DNA from: an uncultured SAR86 cluster bacterium | GTDB lineage: Bacteria > Pseudomonadota > Gammaproteobacteria > Magnimaribacterales > D2472 | Assembly (NCBI GenBank): GCA_902511575.1 | Contig: CABXFU010000002.1 | Span: 15,448-79,447, forward strand | DNA length: 64,000 nt | Direction of reading: 5' to 3' | Shown: one piece after another, positions 27,933 through 37,859 of the stretch | Layout of the letters: the number at the start of each line of letters is the position of its first letter | Position numbering within the stretch: the first letter of the stretch is position 1 | Made by a program: the position numbers and the translations under genes | The notes under the pieces: model-generated | Seen by the model: the letters and a program-made list of their open reading frames with translations, nothing else | What the model was told of the DNA's origin: nothing | Database searches by the model: none

Positions 27933-28914
27933 TCTAGGAACTCCAGATTCACCTTCATACTTAGATGTTTTTAAGTATTTAAGAGAATTTTTAATGGATG
28001 CTAGAGTTATTGATGTTCCATATGTATTAAGATTTTTGCTGGTAACTTTAATCATCTGTCCTTTCAGGTCATTTAGTTCAAGTAAGATCTACAAAAAATT
28101 ATGGGATCTTTCAGGTGGAGTTTCTCCATTACTTAAAAATACTGAAGAATTAACAAAAAAATTAAATCAGCAACAAGATAAATTTAATATTTATTATGCT
28201 ATGCGATATCAGTCGCCAAGCATCCAACAAGCTCTTGATGAAATTAAGCAATCAAACCCATCTGAATTAATTATTTTGCCTCTATTCCCTCATTATGCCT
28301 CTGCGACTTCTGGAAGCGTCTATGAGGAAGTAACTAAAAGACTTTCAAAGGAATGGGTGATTCCTTCATTTAAGTTTATATCACAATATTATGATCACCC
28401 ATCGTTTATAGATGCATGGGTTGATGCAGCAAAAGGTTTTAATCTTTCGGATTATGACAAAGTCATATTTAGCTATCATGGTTTACCTAATTCTCAAGTA
28501 GATAAGGTTTATCTGGATAATCAATGTGATGGCAAGAATTGTGAGCACGAAATCAATGAAGAAAATAAGTATTGCTATAAAGCTACTGTTTATGAAACCT
28601 CAAAACTTATAGCAGATAAATTATCACTCACAAGAGATGAGTATGAGGTTACCTTTCAATCACGCCTAACTAATAATTGGCTAGAGCCTTTTTCTGATGA
28701 TGTTTTAAAAAGCCTGCCAGCTCAAGGGAACATGAAAGTTCTTGTTTTCTCTCCTGCATTTACAGCTGACTGTCTTGAAACAGTCATAGAGATCGGTGAT
28801 GAATATCAAGAACTTTTTATCGAGGCTGGCGGTCAAACGCTAGATTATGTTCCATCATTAAATTTTTCAGATGCGTGGGTTCAAGCTATTATAGATATTA
28901 CAAATTCAAAATAA
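27904..28914 (+). CDS. hemH: ferrochelatase
   Basis: LLLINLGTPDSPS, PLFPHYASATSGS, SYHGLP, FQSR, FTADCLETVIEI. Confidence 0.93.
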   Translation: MNKPALLLINLGTPDSPSYLDVFKYLREFLMDARVIDVPYVLRFLLVTLIICPFRSFSSSKIYKKLWDLSGGVSPLLKNTEELTKKLNQQQDKFNIYYAMRYQSPSIQQALDEIKQSNPSELIILPLFPHYASATSGSVYEEVTKRLSKEWVIPSFKFISQYYDHPSFIDAWVDAAKGFNLSDYDKVIFSYHGLPNSQVDKVYLDNQCDGKNCEHEINEENKYCYKATVYETSKLIADKLSLTRDEYEVTFQSRLTNNWLEPFSDDVLKSLPAQGNMKVLVFSPAFTADCLETVIEIGDEYQELFIEAGGQTLDYVPSLNFSDAWVQAIIDITNSK

Positions 28915-28922
28915 GGATCAAA

Positions 28923-29804
28923 ATGTTTAAAGAGGATGTTTTAAAAGGAAAGAAAATATTGGTTACTGGCGGAGGGACTGGCTTGGGCAAAGAGATGTCT
29001 GAGCATTACGTTCAGCATGGAGCTGATGTAGTTATCTGCGGAAGAAGAGAAAGTGTATTAGCTGATACAGCTAAAGAATTTAAGGACAAGTATGGAGCGG
29101 ATGTTCGCTATCAACCCTTAGACATTCGTTCACCGCAAGATGTTGAGGATTTTATTGAATCCATTTTTCAAGAAGCCCCACTTCATGGCTTGGTTAATAA
29201 TGCTGCAGGTAACTTCATCTCTCCTACAAAAGATTTATCAGCTAGAGGCTTTGATGCTATTGCCAATATTGTTTTTCATGGCACATTTTATGTAACTAAT
29301 GCGGTAGGAAAAAAATGGCTTGAGCAAAATATCAAAGGGTCAATTATTTCTATACTCGCAACTTGGGTTTGGACGGGCTCTCCCTTCGTTGTTCCTTCTG
29401 CAATGTCAAAATCTGCCCTTAATACCATGACAAAATCTCTTGCAGTAGAGTGGGGACCTCATGGAATAAGAATAAATGCAATTGCGCCAGGACCATTTCC
29501 GACTGAAGGTGCTTGGGCAAGACTTAGCCCTAAGGGAGCTTTAGATGATGAGTCTAGCTCCATGAGTACCATCCCAATGGGAAGGGTGGGTGAAATGAGC
29601 GAATTACAAAATTTAGCAACTTTCTTAATGGCTGATGGATGTGAGTATTTAACAGGGCAAACAATTGCGCTTGATGGCGCTCAGTATTTATCAGGCGGGG
29701 GAACTTTCTCGCAACTTTCTAAGATGTCAGAAGAAGATTGGGCTGATATTAGAAGTATGATTAAAAAGACGAATGATTCAGATAAACAGAAAAGATCAAC
29801 TTAA
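28923..29804 (+). CDS. 2,4-dienoyl-CoA reductase-like SDR (DECR type)
   Basis: VTGGGTGLGKEM, NNAAGNFISPT, VVPSAMSKSAL...SLAVEWG, very close to eukaryotic/bacterial DECR. TAAGGA sits upstream of ATG 28923; the track start 28875 lies inside hemH. Confidence 0.85.
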   Translation: MFKEDVLKGKKILVTGGGTGLGKEMSEHYVQHGADVVICGRRESVLADTAKEFKDKYGADVRYQPLDIRSPQDVEDFIESIFQEAPLHGLVNNAAGNFISPTKDLSARGFDAIANIVFHGTFYVTNAVGKKWLEQNIKGSIISILATWVWTGSPFVVPSAMSKSALNTMTKSLAVEWGPHGIRINAIAPGPFPTEGAWARLSPKGALDDESSSMSTIPMGRVGEMSELQNLATFLMADGCEYLTGQTIALDGAQYLSGGGTFSQLSKMSEEDWADIRSMIKKTNDSDKQKRST

Positions 29805-29875
29805 TGATAATTACTTGACTTGGAGTTTTCTTTAACTGTTAGACTAATAAACTGTTTTTAAAATAAGGAGTAAAA

Positions 29876-31297
29876 ATGGAACATCAGCAAATGCAAAATA
29901 TTCTTGAAAAACAAAAAGCATACTTTATAAAAAATGGCCCGCCATCATACGACCTACGTATAGATAGATTAGATCGAATGAAATCTTTGGTTATGGAAAA
30001 TCGATACAAAATAGTTGATGCGCTAAATGAAGATTTTGGAGTAAGGTCTAAAAATCAATCCATGGCTACCGATGTTTACACAATCGTCCCAAGCATTGAG
30101 TATGCAAAGAAAAATCTAAAAAAATGGATGACAGGATCAAAGAGAAAGGCGAATTTCCCATTGGGCCTTTTAGGCGCCAAAGCCTATGTTGATTATGAGC
30201 CTCTTGGGACCGTGGGAATGATATCTCCATGGAATTTTCCTATGTTTTTAACATTTTCTCCTGCCGCCTCAATATTTGCAGCTGGTAATCAAATTATGCA
30301 TAAGCCCAGTGAATATACTGAGCAATCAGCAAATTTAATGAAAGAGTTATGTGATGCTGCTTTTGATGAAGAGGAATTTGCAACCATTCTTGGTGGGCCA
30401 GATGTTGGCGCGACATTCACTCAACAAAAATTTGATCATCTTTTGTATACAGGCAGCGGCGCTGTTGCAAAACATATTATGAAAGCAGCTTCAGAAAATT
30501 TAGTTCCAGTAACTTTAGAGCTTGGTGGCAAATCTCCTGTTATTGTAAGTAACACTGCTGATAGTGTTATAGCAGCTAAAAGAATAATGCTGGGTAAAAC
30601 AATGAACGCCGGTCAAATATGTTTAGCTCCAGATTATGTGATGGTTCACTCAGATAAAAAAGATGAGCTTGTTTCTGGTATGAAAGATGCTGTAGCGGAT
30701 TTTTATCCTGATTTAAAGCATAACGATGACTACACATCTATTGTTAATCAAAAACATTTTGATCGATTACAGGGTTTGTTAAATGATGCAAAAGAAAAAG
30801 GTGCGCAGATTGATGAGATCAACCCAGCCAATGAGGATTTTTCGCAACAAGAAGCATTTAAAATCCCTCCCACGCTTGTCATGAATCCAACTGATGATAT
30901 GGAAATTATGAAAGAAGAAATCTTTGGTCCTTTATTACCTATAAAAGAATTCACCGAGATTGATGAAACTATTTCATATGTAAATAAAAATGATAAGCCA
31001 TTGGGTTTATATTATTTTGGATCTAATAAAAATGAAGAAGACCATGTTCTTACAAGAACCTCATCGGGCGGCGTCACAGTTAACGATGTATTAGGGCACA
31101 TTCAGCAAGAAGATCTGCCTTTTGGTGGTGTGGGACCATCTGGAATAGGTAGCTATCATGGTGAAGAAGGCTTCAAGACTTTTAGTAATGCAAAAGCTGT
31201 TTACAAGCAAATAGGATCGAGATTCGATAAGTTATTATCTGCAATCCGTCCCCCATATAAGGACGATATTGAAAAGGTTCTCAAGCAGATAACCTAA
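29876..31297 (+). CDS. NAD(P)-dependent aldehyde dehydrogenase (class 3 / coniferyl-aldehyde DH-like)
   Basis: ELGGKSP, catalytic Cys in GQICLAPDY, EEIFGPLLPI. AAGGAG lies 6 nt upstream. Confidence 0.88.
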   Translation: MEHQQMQNILEKQKAYFIKNGPPSYDLRIDRLDRMKSLVMENRYKIVDALNEDFGVRSKNQSMATDVYTIVPSIEYAKKNLKKWMTGSKRKANFPLGLLGAKAYVDYEPLGTVGMISPWNFPMFLTFSPAASIFAAGNQIMHKPSEYTEQSANLMKELCDAAFDEEEFATILGGPDVGATFTQQKFDHLLYTGSGAVAKHIMKAASENLVPVTLELGGKSPVIVSNTADSVIAAKRIMLGKTMNAGQICLAPDYVMVHSDKKDELVSGMKDAVADFYPDLKHNDDYTSIVNQKHFDRLQGLLNDAKEKGAQIDEINPANEDFSQQEAFKIPPTLVMNPTDDMEIMKEEIFGPLLPIKEFTEIDETISYVNKNDKPLGLYYFGSNKNEEDHVLTRTSSGGVTVNDVLGHIQQEDLPFGGVGPSGIGSYHGEEGFKTFSNAKAVYKQIGSRFDKLLSAIRPPYKDDIEKVLKQIT

Positions 31298-31302
31298 GTG
31301 TC

Positions 31303-32541
31303 ATGAGCTCATTGCCTATTTACTTGGGCTACAAGTATTTCCGTTCAAAGAAGGGTGCATTTGCATCCTTCACTTCTTTGATGGCTATTGCAGGTCTTTC
31401 ACTCGGTGTTGCCGCTTTAGTTATTGTCTTATCCGTTATGAATGGTTTTGAGAAAGAATTGCAAACCAGAGTTTTAGGTGTAGTTCCTCAATTAATAATT
31501 CGCTCAAATGAAACCTTGAATAATTATGATGAAATAATTTCTCAATTAACCATTGCAGATGATGTAATTAACGCGACTCCTTACATTGAAACTCAGGGGT
31601 TAATGAGTGCTAAAAATAGATCAAGAGGTGTTTTTGTTACAGGAATTAAACCTCAACTAGAGGATTCTATGTCTATTCTTCCACAATATATGGCTAGTGG
31701 ATCGCTTGATCATCTGTCTTCAAAAAAAGGAGTGGTTATAGGTTCTTGGTTAGCTAGGTACTTAGGGGTAGAAGTTGGCGATAAGGTTAATATCACAACT
31801 ACCAACTTGCGCTCATCAATTTTAGGCACTTTTCCAAGAACTATATCTTTAGATATTGTTGGTATATTTGAACTCAAAGCTGAATTAGATCAATCACTTG
31901 TTTTAATTCATCATGATCTAGCAGCTAATATTTTGAACCTTCCAAAAAATGCTACAGAAGGTATCAGGGTTAAAACGAATGATTTATTTAAGGCTAATTC
32001 AATCGGTTTTAATTTGCTGGCTCAACCATTTTTTAACGAAGACCATTATTATTTTACTTCTTGGCAACAGACCCATGGAACATTATTTCAAGCTATTAAA
32101 TTAGAAAAAAGATTAATTAGCCTTATGTTATTTTTAATTATCACAGTGGCCGCCTTTAACATCCTTTCTACCATAGTTATGACAGTTAAAACCAAGGAAA
32201 AAGAAATTGCTATTTTAAAGACTATGGGCTGTTCAAAGCTTCAACTTACATTTATTTTTTTAAACCTTGGTTTAATTATTGGATTTTTAGGGACTTTTAT
32301 TGGTTTATTAATAGGAATTCTAGTAACTCCTAACATAGATCAACTAATCAATATTATTGAAAATTTTAGTAACAGAAGCTTGATGGATAGTTACTTTATA
32401 AATTATTTTCCATATGAATTTAGATTAACTCAACTTATATATATATGCCTTTCTGTCCTTGCAATGAGTTTAATATTTTCATATTTTCCAGCAGCTAGAG
32501 CAGCTAAGTTGAAACCTGTAACCATTTTGCGCCATGAATAA
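31303..32541 (+). CDS. lolC: lipoprotein-release ABC permease (LolC/LolE/LolF family)
   Basis: YLGYKYFRSKK...SLMAIAGLSLGVAALVIVLSVMNGFE, FtsX-type C-terminus. Followed by lolD. Confidence 0.85.
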   Translation: MSSLPIYLGYKYFRSKKGAFASFTSLMAIAGLSLGVAALVIVLSVMNGFEKELQTRVLGVVPQLIIRSNETLNNYDEIISQLTIADDVINATPYIETQGLMSAKNRSRGVFVTGIKPQLEDSMSILPQYMASGSLDHLSSKKGVVIGSWLARYLGVEVGDKVNITTTNLRSSILGTFPRTISLDIVGIFELKAELDQSLVLIHHDLAANILNLPKNATEGIRVKTNDLFKANSIGFNLLAQPFFNEDHYYFTSWQQTHGTLFQAIKLEKRLISLMLFLIITVAAFNILSTIVMTVKTKEKEIAILKTMGCSKLQLTFIFLNLGLIIGFLGTFIGLLIGILVTPNIDQLINIIENFSNRSLMDSYFINYFPYEFRLTQLIYICLSVLAMSLIFSYFPAARAAKLKPVTILRHE

Positions 32542-33220
32542 GTTAACAGCATCAAAGATTGTTAAAAGTTATCAGTCAGGAGATTATCAAACTGAGGTTT
32601 TATCAAATATCTCAATTTCCATCTCTGAGGGCGATTTAATTGGTGTGATTGGCTCTTCTGGAAGTGGCAAAACAACCCTTTTGCAAATTCTTGCTGGATT
32701 GGAAACGCCTGATCATGGCAATATTTTATTTAACGACATCAATCTATCATCCAATAATGCTAAAAATTTTAATTTAATGAGGGTTGATTTATTCGGTTAT
32801 GCATATCAATTCCATTATTTATTAGATGATTTAACAGTATTTGAGAACTGTAATTTAGTTTTTAAGATTGCTAATAACAAAAACGTTAATGAGAATTCAC
32901 AACAAATTATTCGGATTCTTGACGAGCTTGGAATTGCTTCATTGCAAGATAAGTACCCATATATGCTTTCAGGAGGTGAGCGACAACGTGTTGCTATTGC
33001 AAGAGCTGTTGTTCACGAACCGAAGTTTGTATTGATGGACGAGCCAACAGGCAACCTAGATCAAGAAAATGCTGAGGTGATTCAAAATTTAACTATTAAA
33101 TTAGCTCAAAATCATAATATAGGTATTGTAGTTGCAACTCATGATTTAAATTATGCTGGTAAACTTGATACGGTGTTTCGTATTGAGAATGGAGACTTGA
33201 AGTCAACGGAAAATGAATAA
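32534..33220 (+). CDS. lolD: lipoprotein-release ABC ATPase
   Basis: Walker [10 protein letters not shown], signature [14 protein letters not shown], Walker [12 protein letters not shown]. Confidence 0.88.
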   Translation: MNKLTASKIVKSYQSGDYQTEVLSNISISISEGDLIGVIGSSGSGKTTLLQILAGLETPDHGNILFNDINLSSNNAKNFNLMRVDLFGYAYQFHYLLDDLTVFENCNLVFKIANNKNVNENSQQIIRILDELGIASLQDKYPYMLSGGERQRVAIARAVVHEPKFVLMDEPTGNLDQENAEVIQNLTIKLAQNHNIGIVVATHDLNYAGKLDTVFRIENGDLKSTENE

Positions 33221-33815
33221 TTTATTAATATCTGGTGGATGGTTCATCTGGCCTTTGCTTGTTTGTTCTATATTGCTCATTTCAATAGTACTTGAGAGAC
33301 TTTGGTTTTTGCAGAGGAGATTAGTTGCTCCAAAAGGATTGTTGAGGCAAGCACAAAATTTAATCAAGAAAGACTCTTTTCACACTCAAAATCAACAAGA
33401 AATTGCAGCTACATCACAACTAGGTGATTTGCTCCAACATTGCTATCAATATCGATTGCATTCAAGAGAATTTGTGGAGACAAAGGCTGAAGAAAAAGCA
33501 TCAGAAATTAAATTACTCCTTGAACGAAATTTATCCATGCTAAGCACAATAGCTAGCATTAGTCCCTTGCTTGGGCTTTTAGGAACTGTTGTTGGAATGA
33601 TTACTGTTTTTAGCAACATTGATGTCAATGGCTCTGCAAATACCGATTTACTTGCAGCGGGAATTTCAGAAGCCTTAATCACAACTGCTTTTGGATTAAT
33701 CATTGCAGTGCCAGCTATAGTTTTTTATAGATATTTTGAGCAAAAAACAGTAATTTTGATGTCAGTTTTACAAGCTAATACGTCGATTTTTTTAGATTTT
33801 CTATATAAAAAATGA
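33213..33815 (+). CDS. exbB: MotA/TolQ/ExbB-family proton channel
   Basis: [11 protein letters not shown]...[23 protein letters not shown]. Confidence 0.8.
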   Translation: MNNLLISGGWFIWPLLVCSILLISIVLERLWFLQRRLVAPKGLLRQAQNLIKKDSFHTQNQQEIAATSQLGDLLQHCYQYRLHSREFVETKAEEKASEIKLLLERNLSMLSTIASISPLLGLLGTVVGMITVFSNIDVNGSANTDLLAAGISEALITTAFGLIIAVPAIVFYRYFEQKTVILMSVLQANTSIFLDFLYKK

Positions 33816-34216
33816 AATTTTATAATAATAAAGAAAGAGCTATTTCGATTGAAATTACACCACTGATTGATATTGTTTTTCTGCTTGTGATTTTTTTTGT
33901 TGTTACCTCCAAAATAGAAACCAATCAATATTTAACTCTAGATCTTCCTAAATCTGAATCTTTTGCATCCGCACTATCTAATAACTCTCAAAATATTATT
34001 TTATTAGAATCCGGAGTGTTGATAATTAATAATCAAGAATTCTCTATGACAGAGATTGATAAATTGATGGCTGGGGTTGCTGCAACATTTTCTAGATCAG
34101 AGGTTGTGATCTTGTCTATAGAGAGCAAGGCCTATCATGAATGGGTCATAACCCTAATGGATGGTCTTCAACAGCTGGGATTTCAAAACATACAGATTAA
34201 AACTTATACTGATTAG
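33812..34216 (+). CDS. exbD: ExbD/TolR-family biopolymer transport protein
   Basis: [19 protein letters not shown] single TM plus periplasmic domain, 134 aa. Confidence 0.8.
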   Translation: MKFYNNKERAISIEITPLIDIVFLLVIFFVVTSKIETNQYLTLDLPKSESFASALSNNSQNIILLESGVLIINNQEFSMTEIDKLMAGVAATFSRSEVVILSIESKAYHEWVITLMDGLQQLGFQNIQIKTYTD

Positions 34217-34218
34217 TT

Positions 34219-36975
34219 ATGAATCCGTTAAAGAGACTATTTTCGTATACCTTCAGATTTAAATTTTCATTTATTCTAAGTATCTTTGGTTTCATTCTTT
34301 TTGCATCCGCAGACATTGCTGCAGTTGAGTGGATTAGAAGAATTATTGAATATATCAATTCTGATCAAGATGATTTCAGCATATATCTTGTCCTTGCATT
34401 AATTTTTATTGCAATGGGAAGGGGTGCTGGTTTTTTTATTGGGAATTATTTTATGTCAAGAGTAGGATTCGGTATTGTGCATGACCTGAGATATGAATTA
34501 TTCTCAAAACTTATTAACCTTCCTAAGAATTTCTTTGATCAAAATCAATCAGGCCAACTGATTAATAGAATCACTTTTACCACCACCCAAGTTTCAGGCG
34601 CTGCTTCAAATGCTATTAAAACTCTCGTAAGAGAGGGATTTCTTCTTTTAGGATTGCTAGCTTATATGCTTACTTTGAACTGGAAGTTAACTCTGCTCTT
34701 ATTAATCACCACTCCATTTATAGCACTAATTGTATATGTAGCTGGTAGAAGGTTAAGAAAGTTAGCCAAAACAATTCAAACAGCTATGGGAGATGTAACC
34801 CATCTTGCTTCTGAAGCAGTTGATGGAAATTTGGAAATTAAGTCATTTAATGCTGAAAAATATGAAAAAGATAGATTCTTTGCCGCCAATGCATCAAATA
34901 AAAATCAAAATTTAAAACTTGAAGCAACCAGCAATTTGGCAACCCCAATTATTCAGTTACTTGTTTCAGTTTCATTATCTATTGTTGCCTATTTTGCATT
35001 AGGCTCACAGCTTGGTATAGAGCTAAGTGCAGAGGACTTTGTTGCTTTTATAACTGCAGCTGGATTAATGGCAAAACCAATCAGGCAACTTTCAAATATT
35101 AACGCTGTTATTCAAAAAGGCTTAGCGGCAGCTGTAGAAATTTTTGATCAATTAGATACAAAAGAAGAAGAAGATATAGGCGAATTAGACTCAGAAATTT
35201 TAGGCAATATTAAGTTTTCCGATGTGTCTTTCGCATATAACTCAAAAGAACCTGTCCTTACTAATTTAAATTTTTCAATTACTAAAAATGAAACAGTTGC
35301 CATTGTTGGTAAATCTGGCTCAGGTAAATCGACCATTGCTAATTTAATTTCAAGATTTTATTCTGATTTTACAGGAGAAATCTCAGTTGACGATGTCAGT
35401 ATATTAGATTACCAACTCTCTCATCTTCGAAAATCTATTTCAATAGTCAATCAATCTCCAACATTATTTAATGACACCATTGAAAAAAATATTGCATATG
35501 GTGATAGCGATATCGATCAAGCAAAATTAAAAGAAGCAGCTAAAATATCTGGCTGTAATGACTTTATTTTAAGGCTACCAGAAGGCTTTAAATCTGAAAT
35601 AGGTGATGATGGCGTCTTGTTATCTGGTGGGCAACGACAAAGATTAGCAATAGCTAGAGCTTTCTATAAAGATTCACCAATTATTATTTTAGATGAGGCT
35701 ACTTCAGCGTTAGATAATGAATCTGAGTTAATTGTTCAGGAAGCAATAGAGCAATTAATAAATAATAGAACAACCATTGTTATTGCTCATAGACTTTCAA
35801 CTATTGAAAATGCAGACAAAATTTTAGTTTTAGACAATGGTTCGGTTGCTGAGTCTGGAACCCATGACGAGTTATTAGGGCAAGAGGGTATTTATAAGAG
35901 CTTATATCAAAATAAATTTAATGATTCTGGCGATTCTAAAAAGTCATCAAGGAAAGCTGTTAGCCAGGAATTCCTTCCAACATTTACCGAAGAGCCAGCC
36001 CAGCAAGGCTATCTAATTGATGCTTGGTATAACAAAAGTTTTTGGCTATATATTTTGGCACCTCTTACTTTTTTATTTTCTTCATTGGTTAAGGCACGAA
36101 GAAATTCTTATATCAATAACCCTAAAAAAGTTTGGAACTCTCCCAAACCTATTATTGTAGTCGGCAATATTTCTATGGGCGGAACTGGTAAAACACCTTT
36201 GGTTAAATTCATTGCAAGTGAACTAGCAAAACGCGGTTTTAAACCTGGGCTAGTAAGCAGAGGATATGGTGGCAAGTATTCTGGGACGCTTGAGGTAAAC
36301 TCTGAAACTACATATAAGCAAACGGGAGATGAAGCTCAAATTTTAGCTAAATTAAACATACCATTTTTTATTGATAAAAATAGATCAAGGGCAGCAAGTA
36401 AACTGCAAGAAAAGCATGATGTAGATGTGGTTATTTCTGATGATGGCTTACAACATTACGCAATGGGTAGAGATATTGAAATTGCGGTAATTGATGGAGC
36501 TAGAAGGCTGGGCAATGGCTTGGCTTTCCCTGCAGGTCCACTTAGGGAACCTAAGTCGAGATTGTCTGAAGTTGATTTTATTGTTAACAATGGTGGCCCA
36601 ACAGAAGGAGATGAAATTTTAATGACCCTCAGTCCAGCTAAGTTCATTCACTTAAATTCAGGTAAAGAATATTCAGTTGATAAATGGCCTATGCATAATC
36701 AAGTTCATGCGATTGCAGGAGTGGGAAATCCGAATAGGTTTTTTGATTTATTATTAAGGCTGGGTTTTGAGTTCGATAAAAACCCATTTCCTGATCATCA
36801 TAAATATAATAAAAGGGACTTATATTACCTTGATCATTTACCCATATTAATGACCGAAAAAGATGCAGCAAAATGTAAACATTTTAAAAATTCAAAGATT
36901 TGGTATCTTAGCATTGAGTCTAAAATAGAATCCCAATTCATTGATAAGCTCGAGGAGAAATTAAATGATAGATAA
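34219..36975 (+). CDS. msbA/lpxK: fusion protein: lipid A flippase MsbA (ABC exporter) + tetraacyldisaccharide 4'-kinase LpxK
   Basis: One uninterrupted 918-codon frame. N-terminal part: 6-TM domain, Walker A GKSGSGKST, LSGGQRQRLAIARA, IILDEATSALD, AHRLST. Polar linker at about 35911-36015. C-terminal part: hydrophobic helix FWLYILAPLTFLFSSLV, P-loop GNISMGGTGKTP, VSRGYGG, DDGLQH, MTEKDA. Confidence 0.85.
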   Translation: MNPLKRLFSYTFRFKFSFILSIFGFILFASADIAAVEWIRRIIEYINSDQDDFSIYLVLALIFIAMGRGAGFFIGNYFMSRVGFGIVHDLRYELFSKLINLPKNFFDQNQSGQLINRITFTTTQVSGAASNAIKTLVREGFLLLGLLAYMLTLNWKLTLLLLITTPFIALIVYVAGRRLRKLAKTIQTAMGDVTHLASEAVDGNLEIKSFNAEKYEKDRFFAANASNKNQNLKLEATSNLATPIIQLLVSVSLSIVAYFALGSQLGIELSAEDFVAFITAAGLMAKPIRQLSNINAVIQKGLAAAVEIFDQLDTKEEEDIGELDSEILGNIKFSDVSFAYNSKEPVLTNLNFSITKNETVAIVGKSGSGKSTIANLISRFYSDFTGEISVDDVSILDYQLSHLRKSISIVNQSPTLFNDTIEKNIAYGDSDIDQAKLKEAAKISGCNDFILRLPEGFKSEIGDDGVLLSGGQRQRLAIARAFYKDSPIIILDEATSALDNESELIVQEAIEQLINNRTTIVIAHRLSTIENADKILVLDNGSVAESGTHDELLGQEGIYKSLYQNKFNDSGDSKKSSRKAVSQEFLPTFTEEPAQQGYLIDAWYNKSFWLYILAPLTFLFSSLVKARRNSYINNPKKVWNSPKPIIVVGNISMGGTGKTPLVKFIASELAKRGFKPGLVSRGYGGKYSGTLEVNSETTYKQTGDEAQILAKLNIPFFIDKNRSRAASKLQEKHDVDVVISDDGLQHYAMGRDIEIAVIDGARRLGNGLAFPAGPLREPKSRLSEVDFIVNNGGPTEGDEILMTLSPAKFIHLNSGKEYSVDKWPMHNQVHAIAGVGNPNRFFDLLLRLGFEFDKNPFPDHHKYNKRDLYYLDHLPILMTEKDAAKCKHFKNSKIWYLSIESKIESQFIDKLEEKLNDR

Positions 36976-37129
36976 GGATATTCTAAATATTATGGGATGC
37001 ATAAAATGCAAATCAAAATTGATTGATATGGGAGAGCATCTTGAGTGTGATAAATGTAACATTGGCTATCCAATAGAGGATGACATACCCAGGATGTTAG
37101 AGGATAGAATTTTTTCTCTTAATGACTAA
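36965..37129 (+). CDS. ycaR: Trm112/YcaR (UPF0434) zinc-ribbon protein, 54 aa
   Basis: Own translation: MIDKDILNIMGCIKCKSKLIDMGEHLECDKCNIGYPIEDDIPRMLEDRIFSLND. Has CxxC...CxxC plus the D(D/G)IP.ML signature. It sits in the canonical lpxK-ycaR-kdsB position and is below the ORF-track size cutoff. Confidence 0.75.
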   Translation: MIDKDILNIMGCIKCKSKLIDMGEHLECDKCNIGYPIEDDIPRMLEDRIFSLND

Positions 37130-37859
37130 TTCTTTCGTTATTATTGTTCCAGCTAGATCTGGTTCAACTCGTTTGCCTAACAAACCATTGGCCATGATCA
37201 ACGGCCGCTCAGTAATTTCTCGGATTATAGATTTGGCTAATTCGTCTAATGCTTCTAATGTATATATTGCGACTGACAGTGATGAGATTAAGGATCATTG
37301 TGAGTCACATGGTGCAAATGTTGTAATGACTTCAGCAAATCATATCTCTGGCATGGATAGAGTTGCTGAAGCTGCAAAAATACTCGATTTATCTCCAGAG
37401 ATTCCAATTCTAAATCTTCAAGGTGATGAACCTTTTATGCCTGTGCAAATTATCAATCAATTACCCCTGATACTAAGCACTGATACGCCGATATCCACTG
37501 CTTGTATTAAGTTCTCAGATTCAATGGATTTCAGTAGCCCTCATGAAGTGAAAGTTGTCAGATCACTCTCAAAAAAAGCCATGTATTTTTCACGCGCCAT
37601 AATCCCTAACTCATTTATTGCAGAGCATAAAAATTATCTAAAGCATTTAGGCATCTATGCTTATACCAATGAAACTCTTCAGCATTTAAGCACATTAAAA
37701 CCAACTGTAAATGAGCAGTCAGAAAAATTAGAGCAATTACGTTTTTTAGATAATGGTTTCAATATTTTTGTTAAAGAATTTAAATGCGAAGCGCCAATAG
37801 GCATTGATACTCCACAAGACTTAGAAGCAGCAATAATTTTTGCTAAGAAGAATGATTGA
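37122..37859 (+). CDS. kdsB: 3-deoxy-manno-octulosonate cytidylyltransferase
   Basis: IIVPARSGSTRLPNKPL, LQGDEPF, LEQLRFLDNG. Confidence 0.92.
   Translation: MTNSFVIIVPARSGSTRLPNKPLAMINGRSVISRIIDLANSSNASNVYIATDSDEIKDHCESHGANVVMTSANHISGMDRVAEAAKILDLSPEIPILNLQGDEPFMPVQIINQLPLILSTDTPISTACIKFSDSMDFSSPHEVKVVRSLSKKAMYFSRAIIPNSFIAEHKNYLKHLGIYAYTNETLQHLSTLKPTVNEQSEKLEQLRFLDNGFNIFVKEFKCEAPIGIDTPQDLEAAIIFAKKND

Noticed and set aside
28875-28922. Upstream extension of the dienoyl-CoA reductase-like ORF
   Set aside because: It overlaps the hemH 3' end. ATG 28923 is preceded by TAAGGA and gives the normal distance to the GGGTGLG motif.
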